64,000 nt of DNA from the NCBI GenBank assembly GCA_963663545.1, contig OY760505.1, forward strand, positions 2,773,664 through 2,837,663, written 5' to 3'. The translations under genes and the position numbers were made by a program. The DNA comes from Candidatus Delongbacteria bacterium (lineage in GTDB: Bacteria; CAIWAD01). Under the pieces are notes generated by a model that had not been told where the DNA came from, did no database searches, and saw nothing but the letters and a program-made list of their open reading frames with translations. Positions 18,618 through 28,767 of this stretch are shown in pieces. Within the stretch, counting starts at the first letter, position 1, and the number at the start of each line of letters is the position of its first letter.

Positions 18618-20192
18618 ATGAATTGGATTCGCACCTTGTTGTCCACGGCCTCAGGCAAGCAGAAGTCGTCGCCTTTCAAAATCCCTAAACCCGGGCCGCT
18701 GCCAGACACGCTTGAACTCAGAAAGCCCTCTTCGCACTGGGTGCCGGGAGCCTGTCGTCCCGGAGCCATGCGTGAAGGGAGCTTTTACGCTGCCGGTGTA
18801 TCGCGTCCGCTGTCGCAGCTCGCTGATTGGAAAGATCCCACGGCTGATCTGGCGTGGAGCCAATACTTGCACAGCTTCTATGATCTGATGAGGGCAGATT
18901 ACAACGACTATCAGGATCTCCACGCTTCACAGATTCAGCAATGGATGGAGGTATCACAAGAACTTCCGCATTCCGCCTGGTCACTCGATGTGACGGCAAG
19001 GCGTGTTACAAATTGGATTCGCTGGAGTTTTCGTGGTGGCGTCTTGCCCAAGGATGCGCTGGGGAGTCTTTGCCAGCAGGCGCAGTTTTTGTCTGGGCGT
19101 CTGCGACGTGCTGATGGGCAAGAGTCGGCACTGGCAAAAGCGCTCGTGTTTTGCGGATTGTTCCTGAATTGTGATACAAGCAGTGTCTGGGTACGTCAGG
19201 GAGTTGGCGTTTGGAACAGCCTTTTGAAGGAAGCACAGACCAGCGATCGAGTTCTCGTTGAGAAAGGTCCGGCGGGATTGGCCGCACTCTGCGAGGACCT
19301 CCTGGACCTGCTGAATCTTGTCAACGCCTACCGTGACGATTTTCAGCATGCCGCCGAATTCACCAGCACAGGGCACGAGAAACTGCAGCAGCTTTTACTG
19401 CACCTTCGCTTGTGCACACATCCGGATGGCGAGATCGCTTTCTTTCGTGGCAGCTGTCTAGGAGTTGCTCCCAGATTGGCCGTGCTACAAGATTACTGTC
19501 GCCGCCTGGGCCAGGAACCTCCTGAGAGGAGTGAGGCGAAAGTGGTTCGCATTGGTGGCTCCAATGTGATACGATTTCGCGGTGAGGACTCGTTACTGCT
19601 GTTCAACGCAGCTTCCACAGACAGTCGTGTGCCGGAATACGCCGATTTGCTCAGCCTGGAGTTTTCGCTGCTTAGCCAGCGAATCCTGGTAAATCAGGGT
19701 TGCATCGGCGTTGGAGATAACGCTGGCATACGAAGTGGGGTCATTCTGAATCAGCACGAAGAGCTGAGTACATCTGTATCACAACCTTCTCGGGTTCATA
19801 TTCGTGACCTCCAGCTGGACACAACGGGAGCGCAACTAAGCGCCCAGGCTGTTCACGATGCATTTCGAAGCTATCCCGGACACCCACTTGTATCACGACA
19901 GATGATTCTCAACGAGAAGGAATTGCGTATTCACGACCGCATTCTGGGCGGGTTCAAGAATGCCTGCGTGGTTTTTCTTCTTCATCCCGATCTTGAAGTA
20001 AGCTTCAACCCGGAGAACCTCTTCGGGCAGATACGGCTACCCAACGGCAAACGCGCTGGCTGGACTGTCAGCCGCGGAAGACAGAAAATTGTTGATTATG
20101 ACTGGCATCCTTCGGCAGGTGTATCACGCACGGGCAAAGGCCTTGTGATACAGTTTGCCAATGCGGAGGCCGAGTTGGCAATTAGTTGGTAA
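18618..20192 (+). CDS. hypothetical protein, possibly heparinase II/III-like polysaccharide-modifying enzyme
   Basis: ~525-aa ORF in a polysaccharide locus; ATG 18618 preceded by aggggg; family call by context and size only. Confidence 0.3.
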   Translation: MNWIRTLLSTASGKQKSSPFKIPKPGPLPDTLELRKPSSHWVPGACRPGAMREGSFYAAGVSRPLSQLADWKDPTADLAWSQYLHSFYDLMRADYNDYQDLHASQIQQWMEVSQELPHSAWSLDVTARRVTNWIRWSFRGGVLPKDALGSLCQQAQFLSGRLRRADGQESALAKALVFCGLFLNCDTSSVWVRQGVGVWNSLLKEAQTSDRVLVEKGPAGLAALCEDLLDLLNLVNAYRDDFQHAAEFTSTGHEKLQQLLLHLRLCTHPDGEIAFFRGSCLGVAPRLAVLQDYCRRLGQEPPERSEAKVVRIGGSNVIRFRGEDSLLLFNAASTDSRVPEYADLLSLEFSLLSQRILVNQGCIGVGDNAGIRSGVILNQHEELSTSVSQPSRVHIRDLQLDTTGAQLSAQAVHDAFRSYPGHPLVSRQMILNEKELRIHDRILGGFKNACVVFLLHPDLEVSFNPENLFGQIRLPNGKRAGWTVSRGRQKIVDYDWHPSAGVSRTGKGLVIQFANAEAELAISW

Positions 20193-20269
20193 CGAAAACC
20201 CCGGAGTGTTGCTCCGGGGTAGGGGTTATCGAACGTGGCCGCTTCGCGGTCTAATTCACCACTGCAGGC

Positions 20270-21388
20270 CTACTTGCGCAGCCTTCCAAGTGTATCACAG
20301 ACGTAGTCGATCTGCTCATCACTCAGCTCGGCAAACATCGGCAGCGATAGAATCTGCTCGCAGGCTCGTTCCACTACAGGGAAAGAACCGTGGCTGTAGC
20401 CCAAGTCCGCAGCTGCACGTTGCAGGTGAATGGGAATTGGGTAGTGAATCCCGCAACCGATACCAGCCTCGCCAAGACGATCACGCACTGTATCACGGTC
20501 CATGCCGAAATCATCTGTGATACGAATTACAAAGAGGTGATACACATGTCCGATTCCCGCTGGTGCTGGCGGGAGCGTTAGCCCGGGGATGCCTGCCAAT
20601 CGCTCGCAGTAACGGGCCGCGTGGGCACGACGAGCTTCGTTCCAGGCAGGCAAGTGGGGCAGCTTGACCGCCAGACTGGCCGCTGCCAGACCCGCCATGC
20701 GGTAGTTGTGACCCCAGACCTCGTGCACATTCTTTTCGGTCATACCGTGGTCGCGTAACACACGCATGCGGGCGTAGAGCTCTTCGTCATCCGTCAGCAC
20801 ACCACCACCCTCGCCGGCGGCGCCCAGGTTCTTTGCTGGATAGAAGCTGAAGCAGCAGGCCTTGCCGAAGCGGCCGACAAACTGCCCCTTGTGCGAAGCA
20901 AGATGCGCTTGGGCCGAGTCTTCCACCAGCTCCAACTTGTGCTTACGGGCCAGCTCGCTCAGGGCATCCATTTGTGCCGGAAAGCCGAAGAGATGCACGG
21001 GTAGAATCACTTTCGTGCGTTCGGCAATGGCGCGTTCTGCAGCGGCGGGATCCATGTTCAGACTATCGTCGAGCACGTCCACCAGCACCGGACGGGCGCC
21101 CGTGAGACGAATGCCTTCGACGGTGGCGATGAATGTATTTGCGGGAACGATGACTTCGTCGCCTTCACCGATTCCCATACCCCACAGGGCAAGGTGAAGG
21201 GCGGAGGTACCGTTGTTGCACGCAACAGCAAAACGCGCATTGTGGGCCTGGGCAAAGGCCTTCTCGAACGCGGCCACCGTCGGGCCCTGCACGTATTCGC
21301 CTCGCTCAAAGATCCCGAGAATGGCGGGATCCATTTCCTCGCGCAGACTTAGGTATTGTGCGCGCAGATCTACAAAGGGAACCTTCAT
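20270..21388 (-). CDS. DegT/DnrJ/EryC1/StrS family PLP-dependent sugar aminotransferase (WbpE-like)
   Basis: N-terminus MKVPFVDLRAQYLSLREEMDPAI...NGTSALHLAL typical of this family; start at ATG 21388 with aggacg RBS. Confidence 0.88.
   Translation of the reverse strand: MKVPFVDLRAQYLSLREEMDPAILGIFERGEYVQGPTVAAFEKAFAQAHNARFAVACNNGTSALHLALWGMGIGEGDEVIVPANTFIATVEGIRLTGARPVLVDVLDDSLNMDPAAAERAIAERTKVILPVHLFGFPAQMDALSELARKHKLELVEDSAQAHLASHKGQFVGRFGKACCFSFYPAKNLGAAGEGGGVLTDDEELYARMRVLRDHGMTEKNVHEVWGHNYRMAGLAAASLAVKLPHLPAWNEARRAHAARYCERLAGIPGLTLPPAPAGIGHVYHLFVIRITDDFGMDRDTVRDRLGEAGIGCGIHYPIPIHLQRAAADLGYSHGSFPVVERACEQILSLPMFAELSDEQIDYVCDTLGRLRK
20489..20544. repeat. cluster of three GTGATACR octamers within 56 bp (one inverted pair plus one direct copy)
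   Basis: ctGTATCACggtccatgccgaaatcatctGTGATACGaattacaaagagGTGATACAcatg, inside the DegT-like CDS. Confidence 0.85.
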
Positions 21389-21580
21389 TGGACGTCCTGT
21401 TGTTTTACCTGTCAAGAAATTGACAAGTTAATAGTTCCTGGGGATGCTGTGGGCATCCGCAGACCGGACGTTGCCGGCGTGTTGCAAGGTAGCGAATGAG
21501 GGATCATCCGCCCCGCGTGCGAGAGGAAGCCCGACGATCACTACCTTGTGCGCCGTGTAGATAGAAGCTGGAGGCACGAA

Positions 21581-22579
21581 GTGATCGTTGCTGTAATCGG
21601 ACTGGGCTATTGGGGCCCGAACATGGTGAGAAACTTCCTGGCCTGTCCCGGTGTGAACCGCGTGCTGGCTTGTGACCTGGACGCAGAGCGATGCGAACAA
21701 ACCGCGCGCCGCTTTCCCGGATTGGAGATTGTTGCGGACCTGGATGAGGCGCTTTCGCGTGCCGACGCTGCGGTTCTGGCAACACCGCTGTCAACGCATC
21801 ACGCCTTGGGCATGCGGGCACTGGATGCCGGTTGCCATTTGCTGGTCGAGAAGCCTTTTACCGAGACTTCTGCACAAGCGCAGGAACTGATCGACACGGC
21901 TCGCTGCCGCAAGTTGACGCTGATGGTGGATCACACCTTCCTCTATACGGGCGCTGTTCGCAAAATGGCTGCGCTGAACCAGTCGGGCGATCTGGGGCGT
22001 TTGCTCTATTTCGATTCCGTTCGCGTGAACCTGGGCCTTTTCCAGCACGACACCAATGTGATCTGGGATCTGGCGCCCCACGACCTTTCCATTATGGATC
22101 ACATTCTGGGCGGTGCTCCTGAGGCCGTGCAAGCTGTGGGCGCGCGCCATTACTACGAACACGAAGACATGGCCTACCTGACTGTGCGTTATCCGAATGA
22201 TCTGCTGGCGCATATTCACGTCAACTGGATTTCACCGGTCAAGGTGCGACAGATTCTGGTGGGTGGAAGCAATCGCATGCTCATGTACGATGATATGGAG
22301 CCAAGCGAGAAGATCAAGGTGTACGACAAGGGCGTGGAGATCAAAGACCGCGAACAAGTCTGGGAGACGCTGGTTTCCTACCGCACCGGCGACATGTGGG
22401 CACCGCGCTTGGAACAGGCCGAGGCTCTTAGTCTTATTGCGCGTGAGTTTATCGCTTCCATCAAAGAGGGCCGTCGACCGCTGACCGACGGCGAAAGCGG
22501 TCTGCGTGTAGTACGCGTGCTCGAAGCAGCGCAAAAGAGCCTGACACAGGGCAACGTGTTCGTTCCTCTGGCGGACTGA
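21581..22579 (+). CDS. Gfo/Idh/MocA family NAD-binding sugar oxidoreductase (WbpB-like)
   Basis: Rossmann N-terminus VIVAVIGLGYWGPNMVRNF; start at GTG 21581 after ggagg; track start 21548 is the alternative. Confidence 0.8.
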   Translation: MIVAVIGLGYWGPNMVRNFLACPGVNRVLACDLDAERCEQTARRFPGLEIVADLDEALSRADAAVLATPLSTHHALGMRALDAGCHLLVEKPFTETSAQAQELIDTARCRKLTLMVDHTFLYTGAVRKMAALNQSGDLGRLLYFDSVRVNLGLFQHDTNVIWDLAPHDLSIMDHILGGAPEAVQAVGARHYYEHEDMAYLTVRYPNDLLAHIHVNWISPVKVRQILVGGSNRMLMYDDMEPSEKIKVYDKGVEIKDREQVWETLVSYRTGDMWAPRLEQAEALSLIAREFIASIKEGRRPLTDGESGLRVVRVLEAAQKSLTQGNVFVPLAD

Positions 22580-22644
22580 GGTGTCACGTCGTAACCCAGA
22601 CTGATTGTATCACGCCATTTGGCGAATTGTAATACGGAGACAAA

Positions 22645-23112
22645 GTGGAACAATACCTGCGTATCGCACCGGATGTCAAGCTGGGCGAGAATGTCCGCAT
22701 CTTCTGTTTCGTCAACCTGTACGGCTGCGAGATTGGCGACAACAGCAAGGTGGGTGCCTTTGTGGAAATCCAGAAGGGTGCCCGCATTGGCCGCAACGTC
22801 AAGATCTCGAGCCACACCTTCATTTGCGAAGGCGTCGCGATTGAAGACGATGTCTTTGTGGGCCACAATGTCAGCTTTATCAACGATCGTTTTCCGCGTG
22901 CTACAAATGTCGACGGCACACCGCAGACCGAGTCCGATTGGACGCTGGAAACTACCCGTGTTTGCCGTGGTGCCTCTATTGGTACAGGCAGCACGATCAT
23001 GTGTGGTGTTACAATTGGTGAAGGTGCGTTGGTGGGAGCGGGAAGCGTTGTGACACATGATGTCCCGCCAGGTGCTGTGGTCGCAGGTGTTCCGGCGCGT
23101 GTGATACGCTAA
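22645..23112 (+). CDS. hexapeptide-repeat (left-handed beta-helix) sugar N-acetyltransferase (WbpD-like)
   Basis: 155-aa ORF with repeated [LIV]GxxxxI hexapeptide pattern; GTG start preceded by ggagac. Confidence 0.75.
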   Translation: MEQYLRIAPDVKLGENVRIFCFVNLYGCEIGDNSKVGAFVEIQKGARIGRNVKISSHTFICEGVAIEDDVFVGHNVSFINDRFPRATNVDGTPQTESDWTLETTRVCRGASIGTGSTIMCGVTIGEGALVGAGSVVTHDVPPGAVVAGVPARVIR

Positions 23113-23642
23113 AGTAGCTGTGGGCGATGGCGATTGCCTTCGCGTTGCACGCGATCCAGAAAAGCACTCAATTCTGCTGTCCGGGCCAGACCCGCTTCAT
23201 TCAGGAGCGGTAGTTCGGGCAGCAGCTTTTTTATAGCCAGCACAAGCAGTCCGTCGCCATCGTTCAAAGGACTCACACCCAGTTCCAGAGGAAACCGCTC
23301 TGTATCACCGTTTCCGCAACTAGGAGAACGTGCCTTGAGTACGGCGCCGGCCAATCCCTTGCCAGCAAGCGCGCACAGCCTGGCGTGACACAGCGCATTC
23401 ATCGATCGGGTCCAATCCTTGGCACTGAAACGGCCTAGCAGACGGGGTAGTGATTTTGCGCCCACCAGGCTGATCGCTTCGCGGGGAACGGGCATCCCCA
23501 GTTCAAACTCCGGACACACGCTAACCAGTTGCAGTTCTGCGGGGAGCGCCAGTGCTGGAGCTGGCGACATGATTTTTCCGTCGTAACGGCATTGTTCGCC
23601 AAGCAAACACGCGCTGATGAGGATTCTGATTCTGTGTGACAT
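23109..23642 (-). CDS. DUF523-like protein
   Basis: Trimmed to ATG 23642; RILISACLLGEQCRYDGK resembles the DUF523 N-terminus. Confidence 0.45.
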   Translation of the reverse strand: MSHRIRILISACLLGEQCRYDGKIMSPAPALALPAELQLVSVCPEFELGMPVPREAISLVGAKSLPRLLGRFSAKDWTRSMNALCHARLCALAGKGLAGAVLKARSPSCGNGDTERFPLELGVSPLNDGDGLLVLAIKKLLPELPLLNEAGLARTAELSAFLDRVQREGNRHRPQLL

Positions 23643-23697
23643 GGTTTCCTGAAGAGAGGCGCCGACAGGTGATGACTGCCGGCGCCCGTGATTCGGA

Positions 23698-24159
23698 CTA
23701 ACCCGCTGCTCTTTCGAGACGCGCAAGGTACTGGTCAAACTCCTCGCGAGTCATGTCCTGGGCAGCTCCCAGCGCGAGTGTTACGGCATCAAAACTCTGC
23801 ATACGGTGACACAGGCCATTGATCCGCATGATGTCTTCCTGAGTCGGCGAAAAACGCTGGAAGCGATGGTTCGCCAGCCACTGGTTGACTTCGTCTTCGT
23901 ACTCAATGCCCCGGGTCAGCACCCAGACGCCCTTCAAATCGAAGAAGCGCGCAAGACGATCCAGCACACGCACACTCGGACTGTGATCGGGATCGTTCAG
24001 AATGCTCTGGACGCTGCCGACGCCAATACCCGCCTGCTTGGCAAGGCGAATAATGCCAATGCCCTTGCCGTCGCCAGCTTCGTTCATCAGCTTACGCAGG
24101 GTTTTGCCAATGCGGGTGTGGATCACCCTGGCTTGTGGGTCAATTCTTTTACGGTTCAT
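23698..24159 (-). CDS. hypothetical protein, putative helix-turn-helix regulator
   Basis: Trimmed to ATG 24159 with ggggga RBS; basic/helical N-terminus; no confident family. Confidence 0.35.
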   Translation of the reverse strand: MNRKRIDPQARVIHTRIGKTLRKLMNEAGDGKGIGIIRLAKQAGIGVGSVQSILNDPDHSPSVRVLDRLARFFDLKGVWVLTRGIEYEDEVNQWLANHRFQRFSPTQEDIMRINGLCHRMQSFDAVTLALGAAQDMTREEFDQYLARLERAAG

Positions 24160-24397
24160 GGTTTCCCCCGGCTCGACATACACCTGTTTATGGTTGATCA
24201 GAAAATTGTCACTGTTAATGATCGCAGTCAACTCAAAGAGTGTACAACTTGAAAAATGAACATCCTAACCAAAATGTCAGTGTTATAAAAGAATCACCCC
24301 CTTGTCAACAGGAATCCGGCGTAAGCGGGGGTCACGTCCATACTGGATTGCATAACTTAATACTGATATCTTGGCTTCCGTATCACATGGAGGAATC

Positions 24398-25450
24398 ATG
24401 ATCGATCGTATCACAACGTTATTGGGAGACGAGTCTACCTCCCTGCTCGAGCATAGCTGCCGCACTATCGAACGCAGCCGTTTGACCCTGCCGGGCCCCG
24501 ATCACGTGGATCGCGTCTTTGCCATGTCCGATCGCAACAATCGGGTACTGGGCAACCTGCAGTGGATGCACAGTCATGGTCGTCTGGGAGGAACGGGCTA
24601 TCTGTCCATCCTGCCGGTGGATCAGGGCGTGGAACACAGCGGCGGCGCCAGCTTCTCGCCGAATCCGGACTACTTCGATCCGGAGAATATCGTTCGACTG
24701 GCTGTGGAAGCCGGTTGCAGCGGTGTTACAAGCACTCTTGGCGTCCTCGGAATTGTAGCACGGCGTTGGGCGCACAAGATTCCCTTCGTGCTCAAACTCA
24801 ACCATAACCAGCTGCTGAGCTATCCCAATCAGGCTGAAATGACCATGTTCGCTCAGGTCGATCAGGCACTGGATATGGGAGCTGCTGGCGTGGGTGCCAC
24901 CATTTACTTCGGCAGCCAGGACAGCAATCGTGAGATCGTCGAGGTGGCCGAGGCTTTCGCTTACGCACACGAGCTGGGATTGTACACCATTCTTTGGTGC
25001 TATCTGCGCAACGATGCTTTGAAGAAGGACGGCGTGGACTATCATACCGCCGCCGATCTCACCGGCCAGGCCAATCATCTTGGCGTCACGTTGCAGGCGG
25101 ACATCATCAAGCAGAAGGCGCCCAATTGCAACGGTGGCTATCCGGCGCTAAAATTCGGCAAGAGTGACAAGCGCATGTACGGCGAGCTGATTACTGACCA
25201 TCCGGTGGACATGGTGCGCTGGCAGGTGGCCAACTGCTACATGGGCCGCTGTGGCTTGATCAATTCCGGCGGTGCTTCCGGCGAAAACGACATGGCTGAC
25301 GCGGTTCGCACTGCCGTGGTCAACAAACGCGGTGGCGGCATGGGGTTGATCTTGGGGCGCAAGGCCTTCCAGCGTCCCATGCGCGAAGGCGTCGAGCTGA
25401 TCAATGCTGTGCAGGACGTCTACCTTTGCCCGCAGGTCACCATCGCCTGA
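24398..25450 (+). CDS. fbaB: class I fructose-bisphosphate aldolase
   Basis: Near-colinear with E. coli FbaB as recalled: ...LPG.D.VDRV...[39 protein letters not shown]...; ATG 24398 preceded by ggagga. Confidence 0.9.
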   Translation: MIDRITTLLGDESTSLLEHSCRTIERSRLTLPGPDHVDRVFAMSDRNNRVLGNLQWMHSHGRLGGTGYLSILPVDQGVEHSGGASFSPNPDYFDPENIVRLAVEAGCSGVTSTLGVLGIVARRWAHKIPFVLKLNHNQLLSYPNQAEMTMFAQVDQALDMGAAGVGATIYFGSQDSNREIVEVAEAFAYAHELGLYTILWCYLRNDALKKDGVDYHTAADLTGQANHLGVTLQADIIKQKAPNCNGGYPALKFGKSDKRMYGELITDHPVDMVRWQVANCYMGRCGLINSGGASGENDMADAVRTAVVNKRGGGMGLILGRKAFQRPMREGVELINAVQDVYLCPQVTIA

Positions 25451-25656
25451 TTCGAATCCAGCTTAGGCTGTGCGTCTTTGCGGTGCTTTTTCGCAGGTGG
25501 AATCGCAAACAACGCTATCCATCAACAGCTTTGAAAGCGCCCTCGATCCGGGGGCGTTTTTCTTTGCGGAATTCGATACGGAAAGCTGCGTTGGCCTAAA
25601 TCCTCAGGTGTCGCACTCCGATACTCCATCGGCTACAGTGATATGCTGGACGGGCT

Positions 25657-27315
25657 ATGCGCGAGCAACAAGAAGCGAATGCGAATCACGTGGGCAACGG
25701 AATGCCACCGACAATGACGGGGCCTATGAGCCAGGAAACAGGCAGCAACGCACTAATGGCGGCCATGTTGGAACTTCTTCCCATGGGCCTGTTGCTGGTG
25801 GATGCTCAACGTCGCGTTCATACGCAAAACGGGCGCTTTCGCGAGCTGGTGGGCCAAGGCCAGGACCTGCTTGGTGAAGCGGTGCAGCAGTTGCCCTTTG
25901 TGCAAAGCGTCGGTTTGCAGCAGGAGCTGCAACTGCTGCTGGGCAACAGCATGCCCTTTGATCGCGAATTCGAGATCATCGGGCAGGATGGTCGTCTGCG
26001 AGTCTGCCTGTTGCGCGGTTTGCCTCTGACCGTCGGCGTCGACTATACAGGCTTTCACTTGCTGCTGCTCGAAGATGTGACTCACGTTCGTCATCTGGAG
26101 GGGGAGCGTCGCAAGCTGCAGATTCAACTGGACAGCAGCCAGCGCATGGAATCCTTCGGTCTGCTGGCGGCGGGCATTGCCCACGACCTGAACAATGTGC
26201 TGGCCTGCATTCTGGGCTCCAGCGACATCCTAATGGCGACTTCCGAGGAGGGCAGCCAATCCGAGCGCCTCGCGGACCAGATCAGCCATGCTGCTCGCCA
26301 GGGCGCAGAAATGACCCACAAGGTGCTGCGCTACAGCCGCGGTGATGATCTTGAACGGCAGGCGGTCGATGTGAACCACGCGGTTCGCGAGATGATGGTG
26401 CTGTTGCGTCGCAGCATTGATCCGCGCATCGAAATTGAAATGCTGCTGGATGCCAACGAGCACGTTGTCTCTGGAAGTCCCACGCTGATTCACCAAGTGC
26501 TGATGAATCTGGGTGTCAACGCCCGCGACGCCATGCCTGCGGGTGGCGTACTGCGTGTGCGTACGCTGAACCTCCTTGCCGATGGTTTGCAGGGTGAGTT
26601 GGCGCGTCATTCGGATGAAGATGCTTTTCCGCGTAATGCGCGCCGCCGCCTCACCAGTTTGTTCGAGGAGCACAATGAATTGATCGTTCTTGAGGTTGAG
26701 GATACAGGAACTGGCATTGAGGCCCGGCATATGGAGCGGGTCTTCGAGCCTTTCTTCACCACAAAACCCCTGGGTGAGGGCACCGGCCTGGGACTGCCGA
26801 TGGTGCGCAAGGCCGTCCACGACATGGGCGGAATCATTACTGTGCATAGTCAACCGGGAGCGGGCAGCTGCTTCAAGGTGTACATGCCGGTCTCGCGAGA
26901 GGGGCGTGGTAAACCAAAGCAACCGGAACGGGAGCGACAATTGGTCAAGGGAAAAGGACGCATTCTGCTGGTGGACGACGACGAGGTCATTCGTTCGACA
27001 ACCAGCGAAATGCTGACTCATCTTGGATATGACGTACTCACCGCCGAAGATGGCCTGGCAGCCGTAGAGACTTTCCGCCGTGAATCGTGCCGCTTCGATC
27101 TTGTGCTGCTGGACCTGATGATGCCGCGGATGGATGGAATCGAGACCCTGCGGCGAATCCTGTCCTTAAAGCCCGAGCAGTCGGTGCTGGTGGCCACAGG
27201 CTTTGCCAACGATACGATTCTGGCCGATCTGACGCGCATCGCGGATGTGCCGGTGATGTACAAACCTTTCAGCTTTACCGAGTTGAGCAAGCGGGTGGCC
27301 GAGCTGGTTCAGTAG
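25657..27315 (+). CDS. hybrid sensor histidine kinase / response regulator
   Basis: HisKA H-box FGLLAAGIAHDLNNVL, HATPase region (DTGTGI...GTGLGL), C-terminal receiver ILLVDDDEVIR...DLVLLDLMMPRMDG; exact start uncertain. Confidence 0.8.
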   Translation: MREQQEANANHVGNGMPPTMTGPMSQETGSNALMAAMLELLPMGLLLVDAQRRVHTQNGRFRELVGQGQDLLGEAVQQLPFVQSVGLQQELQLLLGNSMPFDREFEIIGQDGRLRVCLLRGLPLTVGVDYTGFHLLLLEDVTHVRHLEGERRKLQIQLDSSQRMESFGLLAAGIAHDLNNVLACILGSSDILMATSEEGSQSERLADQISHAARQGAEMTHKVLRYSRGDDLERQAVDVNHAVREMMVLLRRSIDPRIEIEMLLDANEHVVSGSPTLIHQVLMNLGVNARDAMPAGGVLRVRTLNLLADGLQGELARHSDEDAFPRNARRRLTSLFEEHNELIVLEVEDTGTGIEARHMERVFEPFFTTKPLGEGTGLGLPMVRKAVHDMGGIITVHSQPGAGSCFKVYMPVSREGRGKPKQPERERQLVKGKGRILLVDDDEVIRSTTSEMLTHLGYDVLTAEDGLAAVETFRRESCRFDLVLLDLMMPRMDGIETLRRILSLKPEQSVLVATGFANDTILADLTRIADVPVMYKPFSFTELSKRVAELVQ

Positions 27316-27339
27316 GGTCACCGACGGACGTTTCGCAAT

Positions 27340-28767
27340 TCACGAAGCCTCCGGTTTGGCTTTCAGCGCGAGTGAGGCAGCCAGGGCTGGAGCCTGCCAG
27401 GGCAGCCAGCGCACGGTAATCACCAACCCCACACCTTTGTAGACTGCAGAAGCAAGGATGGCCAGCCAGACAGCGGTCATTCCCAGCCCCGTCCACTCGA
27501 CAAGCATCCACGCCAGCGGAATGCGCAGCAGGTTACCCGGCAGATTGACTCGTAATGGCCACGAGCTCACTCCCGCTCCCACCAGGCTGTCGCCCAGAGT
27601 CACTTCCAGCAGTTGAAAGAGATTGGCGAAAGCGGCTAGGCGCACGTAGATCGAGCTCAATCGAATCAACTCCGGGTCGCTGGTGTAAATGCGACACAGC
27701 CATTCGGGAATTAGCAGCCAGGCGGCGGAGAAGAGCAGGGCGACGGGGAGCGCAGCCAGCAGACTGTGACCGGCGGCGTGATACACGGGCTGCAGGATGC
27801 TCCGCAGTTCCTGCTTGTCTGTGGGAACGCCCTGATTTGCAGGATGACGGGCCGCTGCGCGCCCGATGGCTTCGCCTGAGATCGCCGAGCTCGCAGCACC
27901 GAAGCCGACCAATACCATGAAGCCGATAGACTCAATGCCGCGAATGCCGATGCCCAAGACCGCGAAGGCTTCCTGACCGAATTGGGCCAGCAGGCGGTTC
28001 AGCACCATGAAAATTGAGGCGTAGAAGAGTGTCGACAGGCTGGACGGCAGACCCACACGCAAGATCTCGCGCCAACGGTTAAGCCGGGGACGCAACTGCA
28101 GTGCGCTGGGGAAATGCAGGGCGCCTTCGGCCAAACGGTGACGGAAGATGTACAAGCCAACCAGAGCGCTCAGAAAGCGTGAAGCAATTGAGGCCAGCGC
28201 GATGCCACTTAACCCGGCGGAAAACAGCAGCACCGCACTCGCGTTCAACGCCGTATTCAGCGCGACACCCAGTAGCTGCAAACGAAAGACGGTCTTTGTA
28301 TCACCAAGACCAATGAACACGCCGTCGACAATGGCGGCCATGGACATCAGCGGATAGCCCAGGTACATCAGGCGCAGGTAGAGAATGGCCAGCTTGAGGG
28401 TTTCGCCCTCGCCGCCCATCAGCCCCAGCACCCAGGGCGCAAGCACCCAGCCAGCAGCAAGAATGAGCAAGGAGCACAGCAGATTGAGTGTCAGGCCTTG
28501 CGCTGCAGCCATGGCGATGCCACGGTGATCCTCCATACCGCGCAGACGTGCTACAAGCGAGAGCACACCCTTTTGCACCATTGCGCTTAACCCGTAGTTG
28601 AAAATCAGCACCATCATGCACAAGCCGATAGCGTTGATTGCAGTCGGGCTGATGCGGCCTGCCCAGAAGAAATCGTTGATGGCGTAGAGGGTGCCCAGAA
28701 TAAAACTGCCCGCAGCGGGCAAGGCAATCTGATACACACGTTTCAATAGCGGACGGTCGACGTTCAA
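27340..28767 (-). CDS. MATE family efflux transporter
   Basis: 475-aa 12-TM-like protein; N-terminus LLKRVYQIALPAAGSFILGTLYAINDFFWAGRIS typical of MATE. Confidence 0.8.
   Translation of the reverse strand: MNVDRPLLKRVYQIALPAAGSFILGTLYAINDFFWAGRISPTAINAIGLCMMVLIFNYGLSAMVQKGVLSLVARLRGMEDHRGIAMAAAQGLTLNLLCSLLILAAGWVLAPWVLGLMGGEGETLKLAILYLRLMYLGYPLMSMAAIVDGVFIGLGDTKTVFRLQLLGVALNTALNASAVLLFSAGLSGIALASIASRFLSALVGLYIFRHRLAEGALHFPSALQLRPRLNRWREILRVGLPSSLSTLFYASIFMVLNRLLAQFGQEAFAVLGIGIRGIESIGFMVLVGFGAASSAISGEAIGRAAARHPANQGVPTDKQELRSILQPVYHAAGHSLLAALPVALLFSAAWLLIPEWLCRIYTSDPELIRLSSIYVRLAAFANLFQLLEVTLGDSLVGAGVSSWPLRVNLPGNLLRIPLAWMLVEWTGLGMTAVWLAILASAVYKGVGLVITVRWLPWQAPALAASLALKAKPEAS

Noticed and set aside
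28681-28740. Near-miss motif variants such as CTGATACA, ATGATAC, GTGATCAC
   Set aside because: Not counted toward the motif tally; included only copies with intact GTGATAC core to avoid inflating the count.
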